64,000 nt of DNA from Octopus sinensis (lineage: Eukaryota), in contig NC_043019.1 in the NCBI RefSeq assembly GCF_006345805.1, positions 16,429,360-16,493,359 on the forward strand, in the 5' to 3' direction. Shown piece after piece: positions 26,401 through 40,133 of the stretch (the first letter of the stretch is position 1; each line of letters starts with the position of its first letter). The position numbers and the translations under genes are program-made. Under the pieces are notes generated by a model. The model was not told the origin of the DNA. It did not search any database and saw nothing but the letters and a program-made list of their open reading frames with translations.

Positions 26401-28840
26401 TTGGAGGAATTTGAACTCAGAACGTAAAGCCAGAGGAAATTACTGAAGCATTTTGCCTGGCACCCTAAGGATTCTACGAGTCTTTAAAATTTTGGCACAA
26501 CGCCAGCAATTCTGAGGGGAGAGGGAGCAGTCAGTCGCATTGAATTTAGTACTGGGGTGGTACTTTCATTTTAATGACCCCTTGAAGAGATAATTGGTGA
26601 CTCCAGTGGTATTTCAACTCGGAATCTAAGAAACCAAAAGCAGTCTTGTTAAGCATGGATTCTGGATTGTTTCAAGTTTTGGTACAAAGCCAACAATTTT
26701 AGAGGGAAAGGGTTAGTTGTTGGCATTGACCCCTGTACTTGATTCATACTTTGTTTTATTGTCCCTGAATGGATGAAAGGAAAAGTTGACCTCAGAACAC
26801 AGGAGAGCTGCCACAAAATTTGTTCCAAAACTCAAACAATTTTGCCAAACTACTGCTCGTTAACAATAATAATGACCCTTTCTTCTATGAATCAAGCCCA
26901 GTGCTCAGCTGGTACATATTCTATCAACCCCAAATGGATAAAATGTAAAGTTGCCCCCCCCCCCCAGCATTTGAGCCCAGAATAATAATAATAATAATTG
27001 TGTACAGTGCTCAGGTGCACTACAACTCATCTAAAGTGTATATATAATCAGGTGTAGTTTCGGCGGATTTCGGAAAGCATGAGGGCCTTAAAGGTCAGAA
27101 GAAATCCCATTAAGGGTTTCTCTCCAGGAATGCAAACAATTCTTATTTCTTTATTGCCCACAAGAGGCTAAACAAAGACAGACAAAGGGATTAGTTCAAT
27201 TAAATCAACCCCAGAGTGTAACTGGTACTTAATTTATCGACCCCGAAAGGATGAAAGGCAAAGTCGACCTTGGTGGAATTTGAACTCAGAACGTAACAGC
27301 AGACAAAATACTGCTCAGCATTTCGCCCGGCGTGCTACCATTTCTGCCAGAAGTGGGAGTTGTGAAGCAGTGGTCATTTAATTAAGCTCTCTATATGACT
27401 AAGCCTACATACTGACCAGTGTCCTTAGAGCATCAAACAGAAGGCTTTGTGATATTTTTTTCCCAGTTCTCTGTTCTGGGTTCAAATCCTGTTCTGGTCA
27501 ACTTTGGTCTTTCAGTGTTTGATTAAATAAAGTTCCAATCTAGAACTGCGGGGTGAGTCTCCTCCTCCTCTTCAATTATGTTGCACTGTGAGAAAGAAAT
27601 GTCCCTTTTGCCAAAAATGATAACGGGTTTTAACAAGGAGGCCTGCAACTTCATAGACAAATGCATGGGACAACATAACAAAGGAAAATAAGGAAAGAAC
27701 ACATCACTGGGGATTATCTTTTCTCCTTTTCATAACTAAAGCACTGCAACACAATTATTCCAACATTTTGTCAATTCTGTAATTGGTTAGAATTTCATCA
27801 TCATCATGGCAATGATTTCTAATACAGACACAAAGCTATAAGTAAGGGGAGGGGGAGGGAAGACAATGGCCTATATCATCCTCAGTATATAACTGGTACT
27901 TTAATCAAAGCTGTCCTTGGAACATAAAAAAGCCGGATGTAATATTAGCAGAAGGCAATAAGCTGGCAAAATTGTCTGTAGAATGGAGAAAACGCTTGGC
28001 ACCATTGCTCCAGCCTCTCTATATTCTCAGTTCAAATCCTGCCAAAACTAGCTTCACCTTTCACCCCATCAGGGTCAATCAAATAAAGTACCAGTTGAAT
28101 ACTAGGGTGGGTGTAATCAACATACCCCCCACCAAATTGTTGGCTTTGAATCTTGCAATACTTGGAGTGGGAAGGGGGAGGGGGGGCGAGTGATTGTAAT
28201 CTCAGTCACCATGGAAACTGGTCTCCCAAGAGTCCTAAGGCTGGAGAAGAGAAAATAGAGAAAAAGCAAAAAAAAAAACAGTGCAAAGTATTTCTTTCCG
28301 GGGTTGTAGGGATTCTGTCAGTCCACTGTCGTTAACAAGGATTGTTTCTAAATTAGGCACAAGGCATTAATTACTTTGGTACTTTTATTTTATTGACTCT
28401 TGAGAGGGAAAAAAAGGCAAAGATGGCCTCAACAGGATTTGAACTCAGAATGTGAAGAACAGAAACATTTCTTTGATACATTATTGATCCTAATCAACTG
28501 GGTACAGGACAACCCCAGTCTCTAATTAGGACCTATTTCATCAACACTGGCAGTTATTCTGGATGCTCTACCCATTCTGCTTTTTAACCAACGATCAAGA
28601 GATGAAATGCGTTGAAAAGAAATGATCTGTGATGCAGTATGGGGAAAAGGCTGAGGTGGGTATGGAGAGAGGGTTGGAGATGAGTAAAGGGGGGAGGGGG
28701 AGAAATACAAGTGGAAGGAATCTGTGGAAGAATATGGGAGGAAAATGGTGATAAGTCCACCTCAGACAACAACTCCACCATCGGAATACAATGAAGGAGC
28801 AGGAGAAGTGGGGGAGGTGTTGGAAAACCAGATGTTCAAA

Positions 28841-28875
<35 letters not shown>

Positions 28876-31800
28876 TTCCGTTATTTTCAAATGTGTTTCA
28901 CTCACTGGATCCTGATGAAGAGTTTAGTCAAGCAAAACATCCTGGAGCGTATTTTATCAGCCTCTTTTTATCAAAAACGGTAAGTTTAACCACACAGCAA
29001 TGCCTGCACATACACATACTCGTGTGTGTGCATGCGTATATTGAATATGTTTTTAAAAATTATTTGAACATATGTTTCTTTATAAAATTTATTTTAAACA
29101 CTTAATTTCTCATAAAGCCAAAAGTTTTAAGTGAGCCCAGTAGATTTTTACAAATTTTTTTATTGTCTTCAGAGAATATATTTTAATACCAAACATCCTC
29201 ACAATACCAACACCAGCTGCTGACCAAGATATAAACCAATGAAGGAGCCCCCTAAGTGACCATGCAATCTGCTAGAAACAGCAGCCAAATCTCCTGCAAA
29301 TCAAACTCCAAAGACAGGATGGCCACAGCTGGAATGGTGTTGATCATTGGTCTGCTCAGAGTTGAACTGGGACTAAACATCAACAATAACAACAACATAC
29401 AAAGATAAATATCTATTTCAACGTCACACACCAGTGTTCATAAGATCATAGAATGTTTACACGACATTTTGTGATCACAAGTATCCATCAATGGGTCGCC
29501 ACCCCTCCTTTCTCACCCACACACACACCCAGCCATACATAGGCAAGCACCACACAAATGCTTCTCATAGCTCAGTGAATCAAGACAAATTCTACAATTA
29601 AATGGTTGTCCTTAAAAAACCACATCTAGAATTTCCATTTCTTTACTAGTCTAATTATGTGACTAATTCCAACGTCGTATCCCATGACCCCAATCCCCTT
29701 CTCCCTCGTATCTATGCAACGAATATTTCCAACAAGCAACAGAAACAGTGAAGGGCTGCACTTAATAGAGTTATGTCCCTTTATACTTCTACTTATATCT
29801 CACAATATTTGTTCCAAATCTATAGTCTGATTTCAAATCCAGCCAATGCCAACTTTGCTTTTCATCCTTCTGTGGGACAATAAAATGAAATACTAGTAAA
29901 GTACTGGGGTTAATATTATTGACTGTTACTTTGCCACACACGCACACATTTGAGACACTCTGTCTCTGCAGGGACAAATCATTATTATTATTATTATAAT
30001 AAAGGTGACGAGCTCGTAGAATCGTTAACATGCTGGACGAAATGCTTAGCGGTATATCGTCCGTTGCTCCATTGTGAGTTCAAATTCTGCCAAGGTTGAC
30101 TTTGCACTTCATCCTTTCAGGGTCAATAAATTAAGTACCAGTCGAACACTGGGGTCAACGTAATCGCCCCCCCCCCCCGCTTGTGGCAAAACTTGAAACC
30201 ATTATTTTCTAGTCTTCTAAGGCAGTGATCTGGACGAAATGCTTCATGGCATTTCTTCTGACTTAATATATCTCTGCTGAGATAAACTTTGCCTTTCATC
30301 CTTTCAGGGTTGATAAAACAAAGACCAGATGAATACTCAGGCTCGATGTCATTAACTAAACCCTACCAACAAACTAAAAAAAAAAAATCCCCAAGGTTTG
30401 TGCCTATCATAGAAAGGTGGAAGGGAGCCAGTGCTTGTAATTTTGTGAACCCATTTCCACACAGCAGACTGGTATGGTTCTGTTCAGCTGAGGGCAAGGG
30501 ATGGGGTTCCAACTATTGAGGTAAGAAGGAATAAGGTGAAGAGTTTAATGCAGGATTTTGTTGAGAGGCAGATCATGGTGGATAAGAAGAAGGCTCTATG
30601 GAGACAAGGAGGAGGAGAGGCAGGTGCATGAGGTGGCAGTTGGTTGTGATGATAGAGGAGACAGGACAGTCCAGTCGGCTGCATTCCTGTGTCTGCTTTG
30701 TGTCTGTGTGATGGGTCACTGTTATAACTTGGCTTCCAACAAAAATTAATTAACAAAATCTAGTCATTATATTCAAGTGAGGATGTATGAAGGCAGGACA
30801 TGGTGTGTTCATTCTTCTGGCAGATCACACTGCCACTTGCAACTCTCTCCACTTGATAAAAAAATATCAACCAACAATATAATAGTGTGGTATCAATCCA
30901 ATATACACCACTTCTGTTCTTTCCCTTCTTAAACATAGCAGAAGACTGCTAAGTCAGAGAGGCCCCTGAAGAACCCGTCCCCAGCTCTGCATTAGATGCA
31001 CAATGACCACCTGGCTGTTAGTAGGTCAGTTACAAAGACCACAATAGTTCACACCTCTAACAAAAACGAGGCTGACTAGGGGGTGTGCAGTGATGGGTTC
31101 AAACTGAGGAAGAGGCAGTGGTTGGGTACTGAACTACAACCCTTCTTCAGAGACCCCAAAAATGGTAAATGAACACCACAAAATCAGACACAAGAGCAGG
31201 TCCCCACACGGATGGCAATTATAATGGCATCAACCAGGACAATAAAACAACAAAAGAAATAATAATAATACTAACAATAATGAAGGAAAACCAGAAAAGT
31301 TTCTCTTTTACTTGTTTCAGTCATTTGACTGCGGCCATGCTGGAGCACCGCCTTTTAATCGAGCAACTCGACCCCGGGACTTATTCTTTGTAAGCCCAGT
31401 ACTTATTCTATTGGTCTCTTTTGCCAAACCGCTAAGTGACGGGGACATAAGCACACCAGCATCGGTTGTCAAGCAATGCTAGGGGGACAAACACAAACAT
31501 ACACGCACACACATATATACATATATACGACGGGCTTCTTTCAGTTTCCGTCTACCAAATCCACTCACAAGGCTTTGGTCGGCCCAAGGCCATAGTAGAA
31601 GACACTTGCCCAAGGTGCTACGCAGTGGGACTGAACCCGGAACCATGTGGTTGGTAAACAAGCATCTTACCACACAGCCACTCCTGCGCCTAAGTTCTCC
31701 ATTTTGTAATTCATCAAGGTTGTTCGTTCAGTTTCAAATCCTGTTTGGTTTAGATATACTTCTGTTTGATGGCATTTTGTAAAAAAAACAGTTGTTATAT

Positions 31801-33693
31801 CACAAGCGGAGCAGCAGCCCCCTTCTTCTACATCAAACTATAAATATAGAAGAAAAAGTGAAGGAGGGATTGATGCTTCAATTCTTTGCCCCCTAAAAAG
31901 TTTGTGGTGTTGTTTCAAACATGAAATCACTTCCGTTGTTGAAATTATTGGTTTTAGTTTTAGGTTAGAACCCCTTGCTGGGTCAATTATATCAACTTCC
32001 CAGGAACAAACGTTTACCTACAGGGATTTGAACTCTCAAAGCGTTTAGGGCATTGCTTAACCGATTTTACCAATCTACTCTTCTTTCTTATAATGATGAT
32101 GACAGTAGTTTCTAGGGCTTAAATTTGGTGGGGAAGGAGTTTGTCCCTCGACCCAACCCCAGTAAATGACTGTGCAGTGGGGTTTTTACTTCTCTTTTCC
32201 TTTTGCCTAGGGGAATGAAAGGCTTGGCCTTTGGAGATATTTGAAATCAGAACATTAAGTGCTGCAACTAAATACAGGAGACCTTTTCTCTGACTCATTA
32301 AGGATTCTACCAATCGTTCCATCTTCCAGAAATACACGCCTGGTAAATGTCAACCCATGAACACTATTGTCTCGAGCCCTTAGACCCCTGGAACTGGCTA
32401 CACGGTTTCCATGGATACAAGTGACTGAGATCACAACATTCCCCTTGAACGAGGCACCAATCTGTTGAAGGGTGACTCGTTTACAGCCAAGTGGACTGGA
32501 ATAACATGAAACGAAGTGTTTTGTTCAGGAACACAATGCACCACCTGGTCTGAGTATTGAAACCATGACCCAGCTATCGCAAGTACAATTGCCTAACCAC
32601 TGTGTAACACACTTCCATGTACATACACACGAGACCACATAATGTTTTGAAAGGACACTAAAAAAAAAAAGACTTTTGTGACACTGGGAAGATAACATTC
32701 AGAACGTTTTGAAATTAAAAGCTAAAAGGCTCCAACTAAATATTTGTAAGGTTCCACCAATCTCAGCCAGGTTCTGGTCATTGTAAGAAGCTTAATAAGT
32801 CTGTGGGGAAGTTTAAGAATTAAAAACGGAACCAACAAAACATTTGATATTTTCCTCAAATAAAGCAAACCAGGTTCAAGGAACCCATCAGCACAACTTG
32901 GTCCAACATCCATCAAAACCTTCCCATTGGCACTAAAACTACCAGAGTTTTTACCAAATTGGGGGGAGAGAGAGAATGTGTGTGTGTGTGCATGTATGTA
33001 TCACAGCAATACCTCACCTTACAGGTGAGATTACAAAGGACCAAGATGCCTGGCACCTTGCTGTACTCAAGAAGACCAATGCTCTCGAGCAGAAGTGTTG
33101 AAGACCAGTTGCTCAGGTGGTGCCACATAAAAGTGTCCCATGCAACAGAGCCTGTGTGGCGCCACACAGAAGCACCCAGCATACTACTCTGTAAAGGGGT
33201 TGGTGTTAGGAAGGGCCATCCAGCCATAGAAACCCTGCCAAATCAGACTGGAGTCTGGTGCAGATCCCTCAGCTTGCCAGCTCTCGTCAAACTGTCCAAC
33301 CCATGCCAGCATGGACAACAGATGTCAAATGACAACAATATATGTGTGTATAGATATGTATATATGTGTATATGTGTGTGTGCGTGTACATATATATATG
33401 TACTTGTGTGTATGTATGTGTGTGTGTGTGCATGCATAAAAATATATACACACATAAATATATTATAAGCTGCTTTTATGAAATACACATGGTGCCACCT
33501 AATTAGCATATTGGCCAAGAATACTCTCTAAACCAGTTCCATTGCACTTACTATGCAGTGAGACTGCTGAATGGCTTCTTATATGGCTAATAACAGTTGA
33601 ATCCACTTGAATCTAAAAATGTTACCCAGCCTCAAGAAAGAATGTGGTTAAGCTAATGAAAGCTGTTCTATATTTAAGAGAAGAGGAATTATC

Positions 33694-33805
33694 TACATTA
33701 TTTACATTTGACGGATATTTGTCTTCATCTTGTTTGTTGTTAACACAACGTTTTGGCTGATATACCCTCCAGCCTTCATCAGGTGTCTTGGGGAAATTTC
33801 GAACC
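33694..33805 (-). repeat. Inverted copy of the SINE tail (33943-34054), including a hammerhead with GAAA changed to AAAA
   Basis: A 112-bp near-perfect reverse complement of 33943-34054 that abuts the SINE head. Confidence 0.9.
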
Positions 33806-34054
33806 ACGGGAATATGGCATAGTGGTTAAGAGCGAGGGCTACCAACCCCAAGATTCCAAGTTCGATTCCAGGCAGTGACCTGAATAATAATAACAGTAAT
33901 AATAACAACAACATCGAAAAATACCTTAGGAATGAGAACCCAGGTTTGAAATTTCCCCAAGACATCTGATGAAGGCTGGAGGGTATATCAGCCGAAACGT
34001 TGTGTTAACAACAAACAAGATGAGGACAAAGATCCGTCAAATGTAAATAATGTA
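33806..34054 (+). mobile_element. tRNA-headed SINE with a hammerhead-bearing (Penelope-like) 3' tail
   Basis: Box A TGGCATAGTGG at 33815-33825, box B GTTCGATTCC at 33860-33869, an (AAT/AAC)n spacer, then a tail containing the hammerhead. Confidence 0.75.
33961..34006 (+). ncRNA. Minimal type I hammerhead ribozyme motif, core intact
   Basis: GACAT-CTGATGA-A-GGCTG-gagggtatat-CAGCC-GAAA-CGT-T-GTGTT. Stem I is GACAT/GTGTT with wobbles, stem II is 5 bp, helix III is a loopless ACGT palindrome, and the cleavage triplet is GUU. Confidence 0.75.
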
Positions 34055-34897
34055 AATATGTACAAGGGAAGCAGCCTAAATCTGTGACCCCATAAAAAGC
34101 TGCCTAAACTGATAATAAACATAAATATATATAAATCTAGGACTGTTTACATAGAGAAGAGCTATCAATACTGTCAAAGCCGAGTTGTAGTTGTTTAAAC
34201 ACACCAGTCTGGCCATTGAGACGGACAGGTATACATCCACAAGAGCTCCCTATTAGAAAGAGAAAGGTCACGACTGGACATTTCCACTGTTGTAGACGGA
34301 CAAAAACAGAAGAACAAACATTTCTAAAAGCAACAAAGCTAGATTATTTAACCATTGAACAGCAACAAGAGGCCAGGCTGGATGCAGAGATGTGTGTGTG
34401 TGTTTGCCTTTATTGAAATTTCCACTGTTGTTTGTCTGTTGGTGACTGTTCAGTTGTCATTCAGTGAACCCATCTAATCAACATCCAGGTTATACGGGCA
34501 TTAACTGCTCCCTTTCTGCCTTCTTTACACACTCACACGGACACAACTGCGTTGCAATTATGTCGACCACCATTCCAAAGGCGTACACACAAACATGCCC
34601 TGCTTCATAACACATACACATGTATACCACAACTGCCATCACTTCACAGCCTCTCATTCTTCCCACCCTCCACACACACACAAACGCAAACATACTCTAC
34701 CCCCAACTTTTTTTTTTTACACAAAATGTCCTCCCCACATCACATGCACAAACACGTGCACACGTATGTAGATGTTGCGCTTAAAAATTTGTTTCTCTTT
34801 AAATAAAAAGTAATAATAATAATAAAAAGTAAATTAAGGATAAATGAAGTGAAATGATTTTGAAGTCTAAAAATTTGATTCAGGTTAAAAATATCCA

Positions 34898-35185
34898 TCA
34901 ATTTAAAACAAAAACACCCCACCCCCCACCACAAAAAAAAACCAAATAAAGTCTACAGCTGCAGCAATAAAGTTGCAGTTGCATGACTGCTGCATACTTA
35001 GGGCAGCAGTTCAGCTGCAACTTTACTGCATCAGGTAGTGGCGAATATCTGTTATGTACAACTGCACCAACATCACTGGAATACAGAAATAGAATGCCAT
35101 CGCTGCAGGGTCGAGATGGGAAGCTGGGTCCATGGTAGAAGGGGTCCACTGGGTGGTGGTGGTGGTGGTAAAGTGTCAGGTTTAC
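34898..35185 (-). CDS. TUT4/7: Candidate terminal exon of TUT4/7 (low complexity)
   Basis: Strong acceptor tatttctcttgcag. The phase-0 frame VNLTLYHHHHHPVDPFYHGPSFPSRP.. is open to a stop at 34898. No recognisable homology. Confidence 0.4.
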   Translation of the reverse strand, partial: VNLTLYHHHHHPVDPFYHGPSFPSRPCSDGILFLYSSDVGAVVHNRYSPLPDAVKLQLNCCPKYAAVMQLQLYCCSCRLYLVFFCGGGWGVFVLN

Positions 35186-35298
35186 CTGCAAGAGAAATAG
35201 GGAGATAAAGAGAGGCAGGGACACAGCAGATAGTTATAGGGATAGACATGCAGCAGATGTGTGTGTGTGTGTGTGCGCATACAAAATGTATGTGTGCA

Positions 35299-35346
<48 letters not shown>

Positions 35347-35948
35347 CATATATATATATACATACATACACATATATATAAATTTGACAAGGGCGATTCC
35401 TTCTTGTCTTGGGATTCATGGTCAAACGGCTGGGTGGAACTGCACGAAAAATTACACAGATGTGTAGAATGGTCCGGTGGTGATGCCAGGCTTTGTATTT
35501 TTCTCATAGCACCCATGGTTACCGAGATAATCTACTATAATCAACTACTCTTGTGTTTATGAATGAGAAAAGAAGGGATGATTGAAATAGTACGCTGAAA
35601 AAATAAATCAAATGGCATTTCAATTCTGTGTGAATATATTTGTGTGTATGTAAAGGGGGGGGGACGTGAATGTGTGTGTGTGTGTGATGGTAACAGAGTT
35701 CAGTTAGTGCCGACTGGGCTGCTCCTTACCAGAGTATCAAAACCCCCAAAATCCATTGTTAGTATTGTTGCTGCCTGGAGTGGGAATCCCACATGTACAT
35801 GTTGCTTCCTTTTAGGTCATCCGCAGAATAATCACCTGATAATTACAATTAAAGAAATAATTAAATACAATAAATAAGCAAAAACGTATAAATAGCAAAC
35901 AGCTATGCACGTATCTGTATGTCTGTGTATGCAACTGTGTGCGCTTGA

Positions 35949-35979
<31 letters not shown>

Positions 35980-38413
35980 CACGTGCTTGAAGATGCATGG
36001 CCCAGTGGTTCAGCTCACAATTGTAAGGTTGTGAGTTCGATTCCCGGTGATGCATTGTGTCCTTAAGCAAAATTGAGTTGTACCTGTATTTCAAGAAAAA
36101 GCCAGCCTTGTCACATTCTGTGTTATGCTGAATCTCCTTGAGAACTACCATGAAGGGTACACGTGTCTGTGGAGTGCTCAGCCACTTGCACATTAATTTC
36201 ACAAGGAGACCGTTCCATGGATTAGATCAACTGGAACTCTCATCATCGTAACCGACAGAGGGCCAGTTATAGACACACATAAATGTCTATGAACAGAAAT
36301 ACACAATAAAAACATACAACGCATTTTCTATAATTTACAATGTATATGTAAACATTTGAGCATGGTCGTTGCCAGTGCCACCGGACTGGCCCTCATGCTG
36401 GTGGCACCTACTACACCCTCAGAGTGGTTGGTGATAGGAAGGGCATCCAGATGTAGAAACTTTGCCAGATCCGATTGGAGCCTGGTGTAGCCTTCTGGCT
36501 CGCTAGTCCTCAATCAAGCCATCCAACCCATACCAGCATGGAAAGCAGATGTTAAACGACAATGATGATGATGATGATGATGTGTGCAATATAAAACGAG
36601 GCTTTTGAAACTTTTTTATTACTTAATGTGACATATATATATTGTATCTTTTACTTGTTTCAGTAATTAGGCTGTGGCCATGCTGGGGCAGAAGAATTTT
36701 AGTTGAACAAATCAACCCTAGTACTTATTTTTTTTTAAAGTCTGGTATTTAATTCCATCAGTCTCTTTTACTGAACCCCTAACTTAGTGTTGTGTATCGT
36801 CTTTGCTTTAACGTCCACTTTACTAGGCTTGCATGGGTCAGCCAGAATTTATTGAGACCGACTTTCTACAGATGGATGCCCTTCCTGTCACGAACCCTTA
36901 CTTGTTTCCAAGCAACATAATATTTCCCCATGGCCAGGCCTGTTTCTCATGGAAGACTGGAAATGAAGAATTTCACTTGTATGATGATGATGATGCTTGT
37001 TTATAATGGTCACATGACGTCAAGACAAGGCTACACACAAACACACACATAAACATATACATACATATATACAATGGGCTTCTTTCAACTTCCACCTATC
37101 AAGTCCCCTCGGGCAGCTTTGGTCAGTCAGGAGTCATAGTAGAAACAATTGCCTGATGAGCTGTGCAGAGGGACTGAAACTGAAATTGTACGGCATTGAG
37201 AAGGAAGTTTCTTACCCACACATCCACACAAACATATATGCTTGCATATTATGGCGGCGAGCTGGCAGAATCATTAGCATGCCAGGTGAAATGCTTAGCG
37301 GTATTTCGTCTGCCGTCACGTTCTGAGTTCAAATTCCACTGAGGTCAACTTTGTCTTTTATCCCTTCGGGGTCGATAAATTAAGTAGCAGTGAAACACTG
37401 GGGGTCGATGTCAACAACTAGTCCCTTCCCCACAAATTTCAGGCCTTGTGCCCTTAGTAGAAAGGATATATACATGCATACACACACACATATAAACATA
37501 CACAAACACTCTGATGCATTCAAAAGCACGTGGACCCTTTTGCTATTCTTAAGAAACCAAGACACACAGACAGACAAACAAACAAACAAACAAACACAAG
37601 TCATTGGAGAGAAAAAGATACTTACGCCTATTTTGATCATGTCGTGTGTTTAAATACATATGTTGGTTTTGATAAGAATGAGTATTCGGAACCTGAAATG
37701 ATATATATAAAGCAGGGGATTAGGGAGTTAGTCATAAGGGTGTGGCACAGCTTATCAATAAAGCTAATCTTATAAATGAAGTTTACTAATTAACACCACT
37801 GAAACTGGACTCTAATGATAAAGCATTCACAGAAGATCAAAAGGCTTCCACACTGTATTTCATGCATAGCAGGGTGGCTGCACTACTACAAGGTATCCTA
37901 TACAACATACTTACACTCCTACACTACATCTCACCCTACCCCACCCAATCTTCACTACTGTACCCACCACACAACAGACACTCTTCTATGGTACCCATAC
38001 ACAACCCACCCACACTACCACACACTTCTCTGCCCACATGGTGTGGCCAAAGTACAACATAAGACCCTAAGCAGACCTCTCCCCCACATCACATACCCAG
38101 ATTACTCTACAACCTATCCAGACCATCACAAAACACCCCACAAACCTCCACACAACCAACTACTGCTGGGTGGAGCAAGCACTGACACCCGGGACCTGAC
38201 AAAATCATAAGTGGTACCATGGCTCACATGACTCCAACCCATAGCTTGATCTGGGAACCACTGAGAAACGCTACTCAATGACTCTGTTTGGGGAAACCCA
38301 TTGGGTTTTTTGTTTAGTTCGGAAGGTAGACCATGGCAAGCAGAGTTGAAATAACCCCAGATCTTTGGAGTCCAGTCATTGAGCAGAAATATCGTGGACA
38401 GGGGATGCTGTAC

Positions 38414-38572
38414 CTGTATGTTGGGACGATGCGGTAGCACTGGTTGATGGTTGTTTTTGTTTGGGGTTGCTGGTTTTAACATTGTCATTGCCCTCTCTGG
38501 CCCACTCACCGGGTGACAAGAGTGAGATGAAGGCACCATGGATGAAATCGGTTGAAGGTGTGAACTGACCAC
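38414..38572 (-). CDS. TUT4/7: Candidate TUT4/7 C-terminal exon
   Basis: Acceptor tctcatttccag, frame VVSSHLQPISSMVPSS..HRPNIQ, weak donor gtacag. It could instead run on to the stop at 38126. Confidence 0.5.
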
Positions 38573-40133
38573 CTGGAAATGAGACAAAACAGATATGTGG
38601 ATATCCAACTTGCTCATAGACAGAGGGGCGCGGAGAAGAGGAGAGAGAGAGAGAGAGAGAAAGAAGAAAGAAAGAAAGAAGCAAACAACAAAACATGCAA
38701 AGCCAAAACAGGAGAAACAAAACTGAATATTCAAAAGTAAATATATTCCTGAGTTTAGTAGTAACGCTTTATATTTATAAGTGACTCAATCGCTCAGACT
38801 TGTGTATTTTGCCCCTATCAAGTTTGAGAAATGCAACCCACAAAACTCTCAGTCCCCAAGTCACTTACATAGCTAGGCAGCAGCTACAAAGAAAAAACTG
38901 GCCAACAAAATATGCATTAGAATTGAACCTGGAACTGAATGGCCATGAAGTGAACTTCTAAACCACATTTCTACATTTCTCTGCCCACACTTATTACTAC
39001 AAATGCTAAAGGCTCAAATAATACCATTTGCACAGGACAAGAATGGATTAACGGTTTATATGATTTGATTTCCTTTTCCATGATGAATGCCATACTTGCC
39101 AACGTAAAAGATGCATTTTCTTCACTTTTAAATACATGAAAAAATTCCAAAGCCAAGGGAATTCTCAAGTTGGATGACCCAGAATGACATACATTGATCA
39201 ACTCTCTCGTGATGCCTAGTTACAAATAGAAGACCTCAAAAATGTCAAGAAAGACAAGAATGCTTGGAGAGAAAAAAGGGTTTGGGGCTGGGTAACATGC
39301 TTGAAGCAATAAAAAGTGAAGCACAAACTCATGACAAATTGCTTACAGTACATCGGAAATTATGTGGGGTAAGTCGTATCTTCCCATGAAACTTCCTTCC
39401 TCTTCATACATAACCTACACCTGTTGTGTGTCTTAAATTATTAAATGATTGTATTACTTTTATGAAACATTTTTTAATTATCTAAACGAAAAGTTCTCCA
39501 ACCCTTTCAGCTATTCACAATGAGTGGATGACAACAAAATCATAGCAGAGGAGAGCCACTTGGTGGACGATTGAAGTTACATAAGACATCACAGCCAGAA
39601 ATACAAGTTTTACATCCTGTATATATATTCTCTTGACCAAAATATAAACAACTAAAACAGTTGATCTAAAAGAAGAAAAAAGTTAACAAACGGTATTCCC
39701 ATAATGTTGTTTATTTATGATAAATTCAAAGTTTCCTACTTTATTTCAGCAACAGAGTATTTACATGCACAGAATCATACATTTGCCTCCCACCAAACCT
39801 CTTTAAGCTATCTTTCTGTAAGTCTATGATGAAGCATATTAAATTAGTTTTTCCACAAAATATACTTGTGAAATAAGGGTGCAACTTATAAGCTGGGAAA
39901 TATGGTAAAAAAAGCACCCAGACACTCTGTAAAGTTACTGGCACCACGAAGGGCATCCAGCCATAGAAACAACATAAATAGGCCTGGTTCAGCTCTGCAG
40001 CTTGCCAGTTCCTGTCAAACCATCCAATCCATGGAAAACAGACGTTAAATGAAGATAAAGAATATGAGTTAAAGAACAAAAGGGTTGAGTTTCTAAGGAA
40101 GTGAAGGGCAAATGCAGAGGTGGGTCAGCTTAC

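Noticed and set aside
28905-28945. CTGATGA followed by AAAAC
   Set aside because: G12 is missing and there is no convincing stem II. At best a heavily decayed relic.
33806-33880. Functional tRNA gene
   Set aside because: It has A and B boxes but no well-paired acceptor stem, and it is fused to a repeat tail, so it is a SINE head.
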